From positions 62,001 through 126,000 of the forward strand of contig OZ251231.1 in the NCBI GenBank assembly GCA_965240325.2: 64,000 nt of DNA, written 5' to 3'. Numbering within the stretch: the first letter of the stretch is position 1; every line of letters begins with the position of its first letter. The translations under genes and the position numbers were made by a program. This DNA comes from Rebecca billardiae RCC1528. Its lineage: Eukaryota > Protista > Haptophyta. A model generated the notes under the pieces. The model was given only the letters and a program-made list of their open reading frames with translations. It was not told where the DNA came from and did no database searches. This document shows positions 22,652-33,929 of this stretch, piece after piece.

Positions 22652-25063
22652 TCAGTGGTCATCGTCGTCGATCTCGTCGTCGACCTCGTCGTCGACCTCG
22701 TCGCCGTCGTCGCCAGTTGCCATCAGCTGCCCCGCTGCGGTAGCCTCGGCCAATTCGGAGGCGTCGCAGACGTCGTGCGCCTCGTGTGAGTCGTGCTCGT
22801 GCGCGGGATGGAATTGGAGTTGGCTGCTGCTGGCAGCACCGCCACCCGCCGGCGGCGCGTCCGCGTTATGCCCCCCCTCCGCCTCCGCCCCGGCCGCCTC
22901 GCGCGGCGGCCGCGCGGCGCCGCACGCGTCCGCCGCGGGCGGCGGCGGCGAGCCGCCCGGCTGGGCGAAGCACGCGCCGAGCGTGAGCTCGTCCGCCCGA
23001 TCTGCGGCCCGCAGCGCGGCGGCCGACGCGTTGCCGCCTGCCTCGTCCGCGCGCGGCAGGTTGGCGACGAGGTGCTGGTGGAGGAACGAGACGTCGGCGA
23101 AGTGGCGCACGGCGGCCTCGCCCAGCAGCGAGGTCACGCCCATGAACGAGATCGGGTCGCGCCCCCACCGCCGCGTGTAGATGCCGCCCGCGCGGTCGAT
23201 CGCGCCAAAGAGCCGCTCGTACGCCGCCGAGCGCCAAAAGTCGAGCCGCCCGAGCTCCCAGTTGCAGTAGAACTTGGAGCGGTCCCACTCGGCGCCCGGC
23301 GGGAGCCCGCTGCCGCCGGGCCGCGGCGGCGGCGCGGCGGCGCCCGGCGGCGCGCGCACGAAGCGGTGCAGCATCGTCGGCCGCACGCCCTCCGCGTCCA
23401 GGTGTTCGCGCACGACCTCAAACAGCCCGTCCCCCAGCGCGCTCAGCTCGGGGTGCACGTCCATGTACCCGTACGAGGCGTTGGCCGCGCGCAGCAGCGC
23501 GAGCGGGTCGTACCGCAGCGGCGCGAGGATGAACGAGTCCGTGTCGAGCATCCAGTAGTACTCGAAGTGGCGCAGCGCGCGCAGCCGGAACATCGCGCGC
23601 GCGCGCCACCGGATCGCGTGCCTGTACTCGAGCGAGAAGCCGCCGACGCTGCGCGGCACGGCCTCAGGCGACAGCCACGGTGGCAGCGAGTGGCGCACGC
23701 GCACGAAGCGCGCGCCCGCCCAGGAGGGGGGCGGCGGCGGCGGCGGCGGCGGGCCGAGCTCGGCGCCGAGCGCGCGCCGCGTCTCGCGCGGCAGCCCGTC
23801 GTGCGCCACGAGCACGGGGTACGCCCACCGGCGGAGCACAAAGCAGCGCAGCAGCGCCAGCGAGGTGTGCAGGTTGGTCACCTCCTTGGGCGCAGGGCCC
23901 AGCTTGTACACGATCACGCCGGACACGGGGCCGCCGCGCGCGGCGAGCTCGGCGGAGGCGGCGGCGGCCTCGCGCAGCTCGGCGCGCGAGCGCGCCGCCA
24001 GCGCGTCCGCCGCGCGGCGCGGCAGCCCGCGCCCGCCCCGCGCCATCCACGGCGGGCGCTCGCCGGCCGCGGCGCGCTCGAGCGGGATGGGCGTCCGGTG
24101 CAGCCGCGCGAGCGCGCCCAGCGCGCCGCGCGCGTCGCGCGCGTGCAGCGCGGCGAGCGCCGCGGCGTAGGCGTGGTGCCAGCTGCTCGGCTCGGCGCGC
24201 GCCGCCGCGCCGAACGCGTCGCGCGCCGCCGCGTACCGGCCGAGCGCGAGCAGCGCGTGGCCGGCGCGCGCGGCCGCGGCCGCGTCGCCGGCGGGCGCGA
24301 GCGCCGCCGCCGCCTCCCACGCCTCCGCCGCGCCGCCGCAGTCGGCGCGCGCGCGCTCGACGATGCCGAGCGACTCGGCGGCGAGGTGCATACCCGGCTC
24401 GAGCCGCCGCGCCTCGCGCAGCGCCGCGCGCGCGCCCTCGAGCTCGCCAAGCGCGTGCAGCGCCGCGCCCAGCCCCGCGTGGAGCGCCGCGTCCGACGGA
24501 TCGCGCGCGAGGCCGGCCGCGTACGCAAGGCGCGCCTCGGCGTGGCGGCCGGCGGCGTGGGCGGCGGCGCCGCGCGCGAGCGCGTCGTGCGCGCCGCTGA
24601 GCGCGCGCAGCTCCGCCCGCGCGCCCGCGTGGCCCGGCTCGAGCGCCAGCGCGGCGCGCAGCGCCGCCTCCGCGTCGGCGTCGCGGCCGAGCGCGCGCAG
24701 CGAGGCGCCCGCCGCCGCGTGTATCGTCGCGCCGACGGCGGGCGGCCAGTCGCGCGCGCGCAGGCCGGCGCGCAGCGCGTCGGCGGCGTCGGCGTGCCGC
24801 CCGAGCTCGGCGTAGCACCCGCCCGCGTTCACCAGCGCCTCGGCGAACCCGGGCCGCGCGCGCAGCGCGCCCTCGTACGCGGCCGCGCCGCCCGCCGCGT
24901 CGCCGCGCGCGCGGCGCAGGCCGCCGAGGTGGAAGAGCTCGGCGGCGGACGCGTCGCCGGCGGATGCGCGCGCCTCGAGGCACGCGAGCCGCGCCGCCCC
25001 GTCCTCGGTGTCGCACGCGCCGCCGCCCGCCGCGAGCGCGAGCGCGAGCAGCGCGGCCGCCAT
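22652..25063 (-). CDS. Signal peptide, TPR repeats and GT15 (Kre2/Mnt1-like alpha-1,2-mannosyltransferase) domain
   Basis: TPR-like AYEGALRARPGFAEALVNAGGCYAELGR. GT15 motifs YRHAIRW, FEYYWMLDTDSFI, FYCNWELGRLDFWRS, GGIYTRRWG-D. Acidic tail. Confidence 0.85.
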   Translation of the reverse strand: MAAALLALALAAGGGACDTEDGAARLACLEARASAGDASAAELFHLGGLRRARGDAAGGAAAYEGALRARPGFAEALVNAGGCYAELGRHADAADALRAGLRARDWPPAVGATIHAAAGASLRALGRDADAEAALRAALALEPGHAGARAELRALSGAHDALARGAAAHAAGRHAEARLAYAAGLARDPSDAALHAGLGAALHALGELEGARAALREARRLEPGMHLAAESLGIVERARADCGGAAEAWEAAAALAPAGDAAAAARAGHALLALGRYAAARDAFGAAARAEPSSWHHAYAAALAALHARDARGALGALARLHRTPIPLERAAAGERPPWMARGGRGLPRRAADALAARSRAELREAAAASAELAARGGPVSGVIVYKLGPAPKEVTNLHTSLALLRCFVLRRWAYPVLVAHDGLPRETRRALGAELGPPPPPPPPPSWAGARFVRVRHSLPPWLSPEAVPRSVGGFSLEYRHAIRWRARAMFRLRALRHFEYYWMLDTDSFILAPLRYDPLALLRAANASYGYMDVHPELSALGDGLFEVVREHLDAEGVRPTMLHRFVRAPPGAAAPPPRPGGSGLPPGAEWDRSKFYCNWELGRLDFWRSAAYERLFGAIDRAGGIYTRRWGRDPISFMGVTSLLGEAAVRHFADVSFLHQHLVANLPRADEAGGNASAAALRAADRADELTLGACFAQPGGSPPPPAADACGAARPPREAAGAEAEGGHNADAPPAGGGAASSSQLQFHPAHEHDSHEAHDVCDASELAEATAAGQLMATGDDGDEVDDEVDDEIDDDDH

Positions 25064-25185
25064 CCACGCGCCTTGCGTGGGCTCTTCAGTGTGCGGACGG
25101 AGGTGCGCGAACGGTCGCTCGGTGGCGCAGCACCGCATCTGCTCATTCTGCCGCGCCCGCGAAAGCTCAGCGGCAAGAATCAAGC

Positions 25186-25337
25186 ATGGCCGAGCTGCGC
25201 GAGGCGCTGCTCGCGCCCGCCGCGCCCGCCGCGGCGGCGGAGGAGGGCGGCGCGCCGGCGCCAGCGGCGGCGCCCGCGCCGCCGCCCAAGCTGGTGACGC
25301 GCTCGACCGGCTCGGTCGAGCTCTTCGTGCCGCTGCT

Positions 25338-25376
<39 letters not shown>

Positions 25377-27675
25377 GGGCGGCGCGGGCGAGGAGGAGGC
25401 GGGCGCGCCGCTGGGCTCGCTCGACTACGAGACGGTGGTGAACGACGCGTACCGCGCGATGGTGGCGGAGACGTACGACCCGCGCCGCCGCCGGCTGCTC
25501 GGCTACTCGGGCCGCACGTTTGGCCGCTGGGTGCTGTGCTCCGCGCTGGGCGCGCTCACGGGCGCGTGCGCGTTCGGCGTCGCGTCCGCGATCGACTGGC
25601 TGGTCGAGCTGCGCGTGGGCGCGCTGCACGCGCTGCTCGACGCGCGCGGGCGCGAGGGCGCCGGCCTCGCGCTCGCCGGCGCCGCGTTCTGCGCCGCCAA
25701 CCTCTGCCTCGCGCTGTGCGCGTGCGCGCTGGTGCTGACGCTCGCGCCGCACGCGGCCGGCTCGGGCCTGCCCGCCGTCCGCGCGTACCTCAACGGCGTG
25801 CACGTGCCGCGCGCGCTCTCGGCGGCGTGCCTGGTGGCGAAGGGGCTCGGGACGGTGCTCGCCGTCGCCTCGCTCCTCGCCGTCGGCCCCGAGGGCCCGC
25901 TCGTCCACCTCGGCGCGATCATCGGCTCGGGCCTCACGCGCGGCCGCAAGTCGGTGCGCGGCCCGCGCGGCGGCCTGCTCGGCACGTGCTCCGCGCCGCT
26001 CGCGCGGCTGTTCCGCAACGACCGCGACCGGCGCGACTTCATCTCGATCGGCGCGGCGGCCGGCTTCTCCGCCGCCTTCGGCTCGCCCGTCGGCGGCGTG
26101 CTCTACTGCCTCGAGGAGTGCTCGACGCACTGGTCGCAGCCGCTCGTGTGGCGCGCGCTCACGGCGACCACGGTCGCTTCGTTCACGCTCATGGCGCTGC
26201 GCGCGTGGCGCGACGGCGAGCGGTGCCGGCTGGCGGACTTTGGGCTGCTCACGCTGCAGGGGATCGACGCCGACCCGCTCGTCTCGCCCGGCCGCATCTC
26301 CACCTCGCTCGAGCTCGCGCTCTACGCCGCGCTCGGCGCGCTCGGCGGCGCGCTCGGCGCGGGCTGGAACCTGGCGTGGCGCGCGCTCGCCGGCGCGCGC
26401 GCGCGCCGCGCGCGCGGCCGCGCGCTCGAGCTGGGCGCGGTGTCGCTCGCGACGTCGGCGGCGCTGCTCGCGCTGCCGCTCGCGCTGCGCGCGTGCGCGC
26501 CCGACCGCCCGCGCGCCTGGGCCGCCGCCTCCTTCGGCGGGCGGTACTTCTGCGCCGACGGGCAGACGGACGCGCTCGCGTCTCTGCTGCTCGGTCCGCG
26601 CGAGGCGGCGATCAAGCAGCTCATCTCCGCGCCGGAGAACTTCCCGGCGGCGGCGCTCGGCGCGGCGGGGTGCGCGTTCGGCGGGCTGATGCTCCTCGCC
26701 TTCGGCTCCGCCGTGCCCGCCGGCCTCTTCATGCCCACCATCCTCATCGGCTGCTGCGTGGGCGCGCTCGCCGGCCGAGGCGCGGCCGCGGCGCTCGGCG
26801 CGGATGCCGTCACGCCCGGCACGTTTGCTCTGATGGGCGCGGTGGCGCTGCTCGGCGGCGTGCAGCGCTCGAGCATCTCGCTGTGCGTGATCATCCTCGA
26901 GGGCACGGGGCAGGTGCAGCTCCTCCTCCCCATCATCGTCACCACCGTCTGCGCGCGGTACGTCGGCAACCAGCTCTCGCCCGGCGTGTACGAGCTGGCG
27001 GCGCAGCTGCACGCGCCGCCCATCCCGCTCGTGCTGCACCCGCACGATGGCGGCACGGCGCGCAGGCTGGCGCAGCTGTCGGCGCGCGAGCTGATGGCCA
27101 CGCCCGTGCACACGCTGCCCCGCTCCCCGCGCGCCGCCGACGTGCTCGCGCTGCTCGGCCGCGTCCGGCACAACGGCTTCCCCGTGCTGGAGGACGAGGC
27201 GGCGGGCGGTGGCGTGGCCGGGCTCGTGCTGCGCTCGCAGCTGCTCGCCCTGCTCGGCGCGCCGCGCGCCGGCGCCGCCGGTGGTTGTTCCGCCGCCGCG
27301 GCCGCGGTGGTGGGCGACGAAGCGGGCGGCGGGGCGGAGGCGCGCTCGCGCGCGCCGCCGCCCGCCGTGCCGCCGCCCGCCACCGCGGGCGCGCGCTGGG
27401 CGTTCCGCCGCACGACGAGCGGCTCCGGCCCCGCGCTCAGGCTCGAGGACGCGGTGCTCGCAGCGCGGCGCGTGCGCGCGGACGACGAGCTCGACCTCGG
27501 CGCGGAGATGAACGTGGGGCCGCTCGTCGTGCTCGAGAGCACGCCCGCCGCGCGCGTGCTCGCGCTCTTCGCCGCGATGGGGCTGCGCCACCTGCCCGTC
27601 GTCGCGGCGGGCGGGCGCGTCGTCGGCATGATCACGCGGCACGACCTGCACCACCTGTGCGAGCATCAGCACTGA
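25186..27675 (+). CDS. CLC-family chloride channel/antiporter with two CBS domains
   Basis: GSGLP, GPEGPLVHLG, GAAAGFSAAFGSPVGGVLYCLEE, GLFMP. CBS motifs HNGFPV and GLRHLPVV..VVGMITRHDL. Gating and proton glutamates are both present. Confidence 0.95.
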
Positions 27676-28042
27676 CAGACAGTGGCGCGCTAGATATATG
27701 ATGTCGTGTATTGTCATATATATATATCTATATACATCATATGTTGACGGATGCGGCTGTCAGTCGTCGCCAGGCTGCCGCCGGCTCTCATCGCGGTTGC
27801 GACGGGCCGACATGCGTTCGTCAGGGCCTTAAGTGGCTTTACTGCTTGTAACCGGACCTGGACCCGACGTCGGGCAGTGGTGAGTGGCCGATCATCAGCA
27901 GAACAACCCGCCGCCGTCTCCGACAGCAGCGCATCGGCCGACGGCAATATGGTGCGACGCGGGTGCGCAGCTGCTAACGAACGTGACAGCTCGACCGCTG
28001 GCAGGCCAGGCCCTCCCGCAGCGCGGCGTCGGCCGTCACTCG

Positions 28043-28447
28043 TCAGTCCTTGACGATCGCGTACGAGCATTGCGCGTACGTCTCGCAGCACTCGTCCTGG
28101 CACGACTGCAGGCAGTCGCGCTTCTCGCGCTGCTCGCCCGAGGGGCCGCCGATGCACGCCGGCAGGCAGTTGTTCAGGCAGCGCAGGTACTTTGGGTCCT
28201 TCTTCGTCCCGCTCACGTCGCCCTCCTTGTTGCCCTGGGCGCGGCCGCTGATCCACTCGCGCGCGGGCGCGCCTGCCGGCGCGAGCAGCGCCGACGCGGC
28301 GGCGGGGGCGAGGACGCGGCGCACGAGCGCGCGGCGGCTCGTCTGCGCGCCGGCGCCGCCGGCGCCGCGCGGCAGCAGCGCCGGCGCGAGCGCCGCGAGC
28401 GCCGCGAGCGCCACCGCGAGCAGCAGTGCGCGACGAGCGGGCGCCAT
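28043..28447 (-). CDS. Small 8-Cys protein with multipart targeting signal, putative thylakoid-lumen protein
   Basis: Signal peptide, then twin-Arg SRRAL, a hydrophobic stretch and an APA cleavage-like site. Mature part GTKKDPKYLRCLNNCLPAC...DCLQSCQDECCETYAQC. Confidence 0.7.
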   Translation of the reverse strand: MAPARRALLLAVALAALAALAPALLPRGAGGAGAQTSRRALVRRVLAPAAASALLAPAGAPAREWISGRAQGNKEGDVSGTKKDPKYLRCLNNCLPACIGGPSGEQREKRDCLQSCQDECCETYAQCSYAIVKD

Positions 28448-29914
28448 GCGTCCTCTTGTGATTTGCGCGACTAATGAAGGCCGAGCGGCGGCGAGCGAGC
28501 TCACGATCTCCCGTCACTCGTTCGGTCGCTGGCCAGCTGATGAACAGCTCATTCACGCTCGGGCCGAGCCGTCGTTCAACGCTGCATGCAGCCGCAGGGG
28601 AGTGGCACCACGCCACTCTCCAGCGCCGTCTCGCAAGCCTTTCGCTCGGCCATCGCCCGCGGCTCGCACACCTCGCGACAGTGTGTGCAAGTCGAGAGAA
28701 ATTCTGTCAGCTTGTGCCAAAACTGACCGAGCCGCGCACAAGTGGCGCGCAGCTCCGGCACGTCGGCCCAAGGCCAACGTTGTGCCGGCAGGAAACGCGC
28801 GCTCATCGGAAGAGGAGTGCTCATCTGCGGGCGCAGCGCGTACGGAGTCTGCGACAATCACCAGTAGCGGCCGACTGCGTCGCGTGTGGGTCGTTGCGCG
28901 CGCCGCATACCAGACCAGCGGAACGATAGCAATGGGTTGATCGTGCGGCGCACTGGGCCGGCGCCATCTTTGCGTCGAGGTCAAAGAAGGCGCTCCGCAC
29001 AGGCCAGAGCTGTGTGCCAAAGCAAGCCTTGTGCCACAACTGCTAGCTGGCCCCTCTTATCCATCATAGTGTTAGTACGGCAAGTGCCAGTGCGCCAGTA
29101 CGGTTACGGACCTGAGTGTAGTCAAGCAGACAAGCTCCGACTGTCGAGTGTCGGCGTCACTGATGAGTGATGAGTCCAGGACTGAGTCTGAAGAGTGATG
29201 AAGAGTGACGACAGACAGACCGCGTCGCAGCGACCTTCCACCATAAGCCCCTCATGACGCTGTTCCGAATTTAACGCGTGCGCAGTAGTGGCGCGGCGCT
29301 TTGCAACGACAGGGCCGCAACGGCCAACGGGCGACGGACCGCGCGGCTTGACGCGATTAGACAGTGCCGACTTCGTGTCGACGATCGGGCACTGCCGCCG
29401 ACGAATCAGGAGACCCGGTCCCGCGTCGTCCTACTTGTGTCGATTTAAATCATATATAATGAGTAATGATTAGATATATATATATATATGTAGTATATAT
29501 ATAATTATCGATCGTCTCATTTACTGGTCCGGTCGGGCGGTTCTGGCGTTCTGCCTCTGAGAGTGAGAGTGATGAGACGTCACTCGTCAGCGTCGTCCAC
29601 AGACGTCACGGTCACTCGTCAGCAGCCTGGCCGTACGATCGGACGACGATATAAATATGAATATAACCCGATGATCGATATTACGCGATCATCATAATAT
29701 TTAATCTAATAATAATTCATCATCACCCGGCGCCGGGCCACGAGCTGATGATGACAGATGATGAGTCAGAGCATATTATGATAATCGACGCATACAATAA
29801 ATAACTGTGCCCTGGCGGGCGGGGGGGTCGGCGGGCCGTGCCAGTGCTGTCGCAATGTATCCTCTGCGGCGGGTTCGCGTCTTTCCACATTCGCTCGTGG
29901 CCGCGGGTGACGGA

Positions 29915-30330
29915 CAGTCGAGTGCAAGGACCAGTGACACGTGAAGTTGGCTCCCCGACGTGATGTACACACGTCTAACGGTCTGTACTCTTCGAGTATT
30001 GTATGCGCATCAGCGAGGCCCACACCCACGAGGGAATGTGCAGCACGCGGGGCGGGGCGGGTAGCCCGTTGCTCCGCGCGAGCGCGGGTACGCGCTGTAT
30101 GTGCCGCATCTCGACCGCGATGGCGTAATCGAGCGCCTCGCCGCCGACGAAGCCGCCAGAGTAGATCATGTGCATGTCCTCCTGCCGCCAGCCGAGAGCG
30201 GTCGTCGCGAGGATGCTTGTCGATGTCGGCTCCAGGCATGATGGGCTCGGCGCAGGTCGCGTTGACGTCGTACACGGCCACCACGCTGAGCACGAGCGCG
30301 TTGACGTCACGCGGTCGTCGCTCTTCGCAT
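29915..30330 (-). pseudogene. Frameshifted remnant resembling a Ulp1/C48 protease
   Basis: Across frames: DMHMIYSGGFVGGEALDYAIAV...VLHIPSWVWASL, then ANFTCHWSL, similar to C48 motifs. No intact ORF. Confidence 0.35.
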
Positions 30331-31539
30331 CTTCGACAGGTCTGGCGCTCGCGTGCTCGGCGGCACGAGGAGCTGTTGGTTGTGCGCGCGCGCGCGCACA
30401 GCGACAGCGTGTGCACTCGCGATCGAGAGTGGGCAAGCGCTGCTCACGCGAGCACACGAAATCACGAATCGCAGCGCATCCGTCACCGGCGTGACGACTT
30501 CCGCCTCGTCCCGCAGCGCCTGCGCCATGGACGAGGCCATGGCGCGGCGATGTTGCATGCTCGACGATTCATCTCTCTGCGGATGGCATCACGGGCTTGT
30601 CTGTGTCGCGCTGCGGCGAGGGTCGCCAACTCGCTATGACGCGGTTGCTGCCACGGCGACAGACCCGGGAGGTGCGTCCGCTGCGCGTCGTACGCCGTTG
30701 GCGCAGCGCTTCCGTCGCATTGGTCACCGTCGACGCCATGCAGGCCGGACGTGGGCTTCGGCTGAGGGACCGGACCGCGAGCGAGGACTGAGTCCGGTGC
30801 GCGGATTCCGGCGATCGAGTTCAGAAGGCCGCGCCCAAGCCCCACCCGTCCCAGAAAGCTCCTGAGCCCGTCTTCGGCTCAGCGGGCTCATGACCTACCG
30901 AGCGAAGGTCATGAGCGCCCGGACACAGTGCGCGCAGGTGCGCCTCGAGGCGAGATGAGCACCAAGGCCCGTCACAGCGCCCGTCGCGCGTGCTTGACTG
31001 CGGCGGCTGAGATGGCCGGAGCGGCGGCGCGTTGCGCTCATCGTCGGTCCACACGCGTAAGTGACCTTCGGCGCGGCTGGCATGTGCCGCCTTTGGCCCT
31101 CCTCCGCCTGCTAACGCAGCTCGACTGCAACCGTCGCCAAAGCCAAGCGTTGCCCACTGAGTCTGCTTCTGCCCGCGACACGAGCTTGAATGGTGCCTTG
31201 AGCGCGCGCGCACATGAAGCACGTGCACTGCCGCTCTCTTCAGATCGCGCGCGTCTGGCTCCCGCAGCACATCCTGTGCGATGACGCGATGGCGTAGGCA
31301 CCCGCCGGCCCGTCGTTGAAACGCATCAACTCGGCCAATGAGCTTGGGCGCAGAAGACGCCGGGAAGCCGAGACATGAGCGCCGGAAGGGGTTGCGAGGT
31401 ACTACCAGACCAGCCCACCTGGCGCGCCGTCGCACAGCCCTCGCCTACGCGCACGCGCAAGACCAGAGCGAAGCTGCCCGCGCGGCGGACGGCCATTTCC
31501 TTTCAAATGTTTTCGCTGAGTCAGCGGGCCGGCCCCACC

Positions 31540-31652
31540 CAGGGATGGGCAGATTCGCCGAATGGCCTCAGCCTTCGCTTCTTCGCCGAATTCGCCGAAT
31601 TCGCCGAATTCGCCGAATATGGCGAATTTCTGCGTAGCGAACATTTCCGCGC

Positions 31653-31705
<53 letters not shown>

Positions 31706-32429
31706 TCCCAATAGGCTACAGAGGGCCGCGTGACACAGTCAGCGGCCTGTGTGCGCCACGGCAGGCGCGTCAGGCGGTCTGCCGTGCATGCGGAGCCTAT
31801 CTGCCTGTCTACTCAGAGTACTCTGATCCGAGTCGTCGGAGTCGAGGCCGACGCGGTCGCCGCCCGCCCGCCGGGCCTGCGCCGCCGCCGCCGCGGCGAC
31901 GCCGCCGCCGCCTCCTCTGCAGCAGCGTAGGCGATGGCAGCCTTGGCTGGGCGCGCTTGAGGTTGACGAGCAGCGGGACGACGAGGGCAGCTCGCTGGCG
32001 TCGCACGACACCTCGTGGCTGAGAGCGACGGCAGTGATGCAGCCGCGGCGTCCCCATGCGGGGTGACTCGGGCAGCGAGTCAGGCCGAGGATGTGACGAG
32101 GTCGAACCAGAGGCGGCTGTTTCCGGTGAGAGCGCAGCGATGATGATGGCGACTGACGACGCTAGCGCCGTTGTCAGGCCGTGCGCAATGGGCTAGTCAA
32201 CTAGCAACCCGTACAGCCATGCGCTGCCGCAGCATGGCGCCAGCTTATAAATACCGGGTAGCTAGTACTATCTGCATTGAGGTGATGAGTCCGGGGGCGT
32301 CGCACACCCGACTGACCTCCCGGACAGGGGCATTCGCCACCTTCGCCGAATGCGCCCAGCCTTCGCCGTTCGCCGATTCGGCGAATTCGGCGAATTGAAA
32401 ATTCGGCGATTCGCTTGCGCCCATCCCTG
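31540..32429. mobile_element. Non-autonomous hAT-type MITE (890 bp)
   Basis: 11-bp TIR CAGGGATGGGC / GCCCATCCCTG. Perfect 8-bp TSD GCCCCACC at 31532-31539 and 32430-32437. Subterminal TTCGCCGAA arrays at both ends. Confidence 0.9.
31656..31703. repeat. (AT)n microsatellite inside the hAT MITE
   Basis: Direct observation. Confidence 0.95.
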
Positions 32430-33100
32430 GCCCCACCGAGAGCTTTGGAGCTTGACGTACTGGGCTGGGACGGGTGGTTGCCGGAGTTGCCGCGCCAAAT
32501 CTTGCGTCGCGTGCGATGGCGCTTCCCGCCCGCGAGACGCCTCGTGATGAGGGCTTTCTCGCACCGAGCCCGACGCGCGACGGTGGATCGCGCGAGGCGG
32601 TCATCGTGCGCAGCGCATGATGCTATGGCCGGTGCGAGCTTTCGACGTGCACGTCGGGCGATGATCGCCCCAGGTCGCACGATCGTGTCGACGTGCCGAG
32701 CGTACCGCTCCAAACGCGTCGATTTAGCCCCCGTTCGACCTGCACGCGAGACGACGAGGGCAGCAATCGCGAATCGGGCGAAAACGCCGTTCGGGAATCC
32801 CCGCGCGATGTCCGCGCCGGCGTTGGATTTGGCGCGCGCGGCCCACGCGCTCCGCGCCATGCGGAAGATGGTTTTCGGCCGAGCGTCCCCAGTGGGAGCT
32901 GCGAGGGCGCCCGGTAGTGAGCGAAGCGATTTTCTTTTCTCTTCGAGGCGATTTTCTTTTTTCTTTTTCTTTTTCTTATCTTTTTCCCGGGCACTACAAG
33001 GGGCGGACCTACGGCCCGCCATACGTATATGATTCAGAGGTTCAGACCCTCCTGGAGTCATCAGTGTGAATGCCTGAGGCACTCATGGAGTCGCGGGCCG

Positions 33101-33668
33101 TCAGCAGTGGGGGCCTACGGCGGAGCAGATTGAAACGTAGGTATCGTTCGGCGCCCGGTATCCCGTGAAGTTGGCAGCCAAGTGAGCGCCATCTGGACCC
33201 ACGCTATCGATCCACGCGTTCGACGAGTGCCCACCGTTTCGACCCACGAGCACAGCCTCGTCAATCCCGTCTCCTGTGACGGCCGTAGACAATGTAAAAA
33301 AGGCCGCGGGAGGCTCGGCGTCGGCCGCTGCAGGGTCCACCTGTGGCGGCCAGAGGTGGTCGGTGGACAACGGCGCGGTGCGCGTCTCAGACGGGCCATT
33401 CTGCAGCGCAGGGGTGACGCGTTTGCGAGTCATGTCGTATCGGACGCAGCGTAGCGCGTACAAGGGTCACTTTACAGTCGTAGTGAGTGGCGGTGTAAAG
33501 GTTGGCCGTGCCACTCATCTTGAAGTCGACCGTGGCCCCCGCCTGGATCGTGTCGGGCATGTCCATTGAGACAGAGTCTCCGCAGGTGCTGGTGCCTTTC
33601 AACGTCGTGGGAGTGTAGTTGATGAGGTGCACGTCTGTCACAAACGGCATGGGGTAGGCCTTCATCAT
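33101..33668 (-). CDS. Small beta-rich hypothetical protein (about 148 aa); probable intron 33341-33461
   Basis: Two protein-like ORF halves joined in frame by GTACGC...CAG: MMKAYPMPFVTDVHLINYTPTTLK...MPDTIQAGATVDFKMSG...|VDP...SAVGPHC. Alternative splice sites are also in frame. Confidence 0.55.
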
Positions 33669-33929
33669 GGTCGTCGTCAACAGGTAAGCCGCGTGGACGA
33701 CCGAGGCACGCCTTGCGGCTTGCCGCGCGCGCGATCGGGGGTGGTTTTGGAGTCAAGGCCGCTCCGGCTGGCTCTCAATCTCGTCCCGATCTCCCGAGCG
33801 ATCGCGTCCGAGCGGCAGTCGGCGCGGGCGGCGAGCTCGGGAGCCGCTGCTTGCTGCCCACCGTTGGCAGCGCAGCGCGCCGACCACCCACGCCGGCGCG
33901 CGGCGCGCGCGCGCGAGCGAGAGGGAGCG

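Noticed and set aside
691-27717. Many long Arg/Ala/Pro-rich ORFs (for example 691-3441, 3313-6528, 25008-27701, 25180-27717)
   Set aside because: Shadow or antisense frames of real genes, open because stop codons are rare at this GC content.
32995-33030. Helitron 3' end
   Set aside because: A weak hairpin is present, but there is no CTRR terminus or defined 5' TC end.
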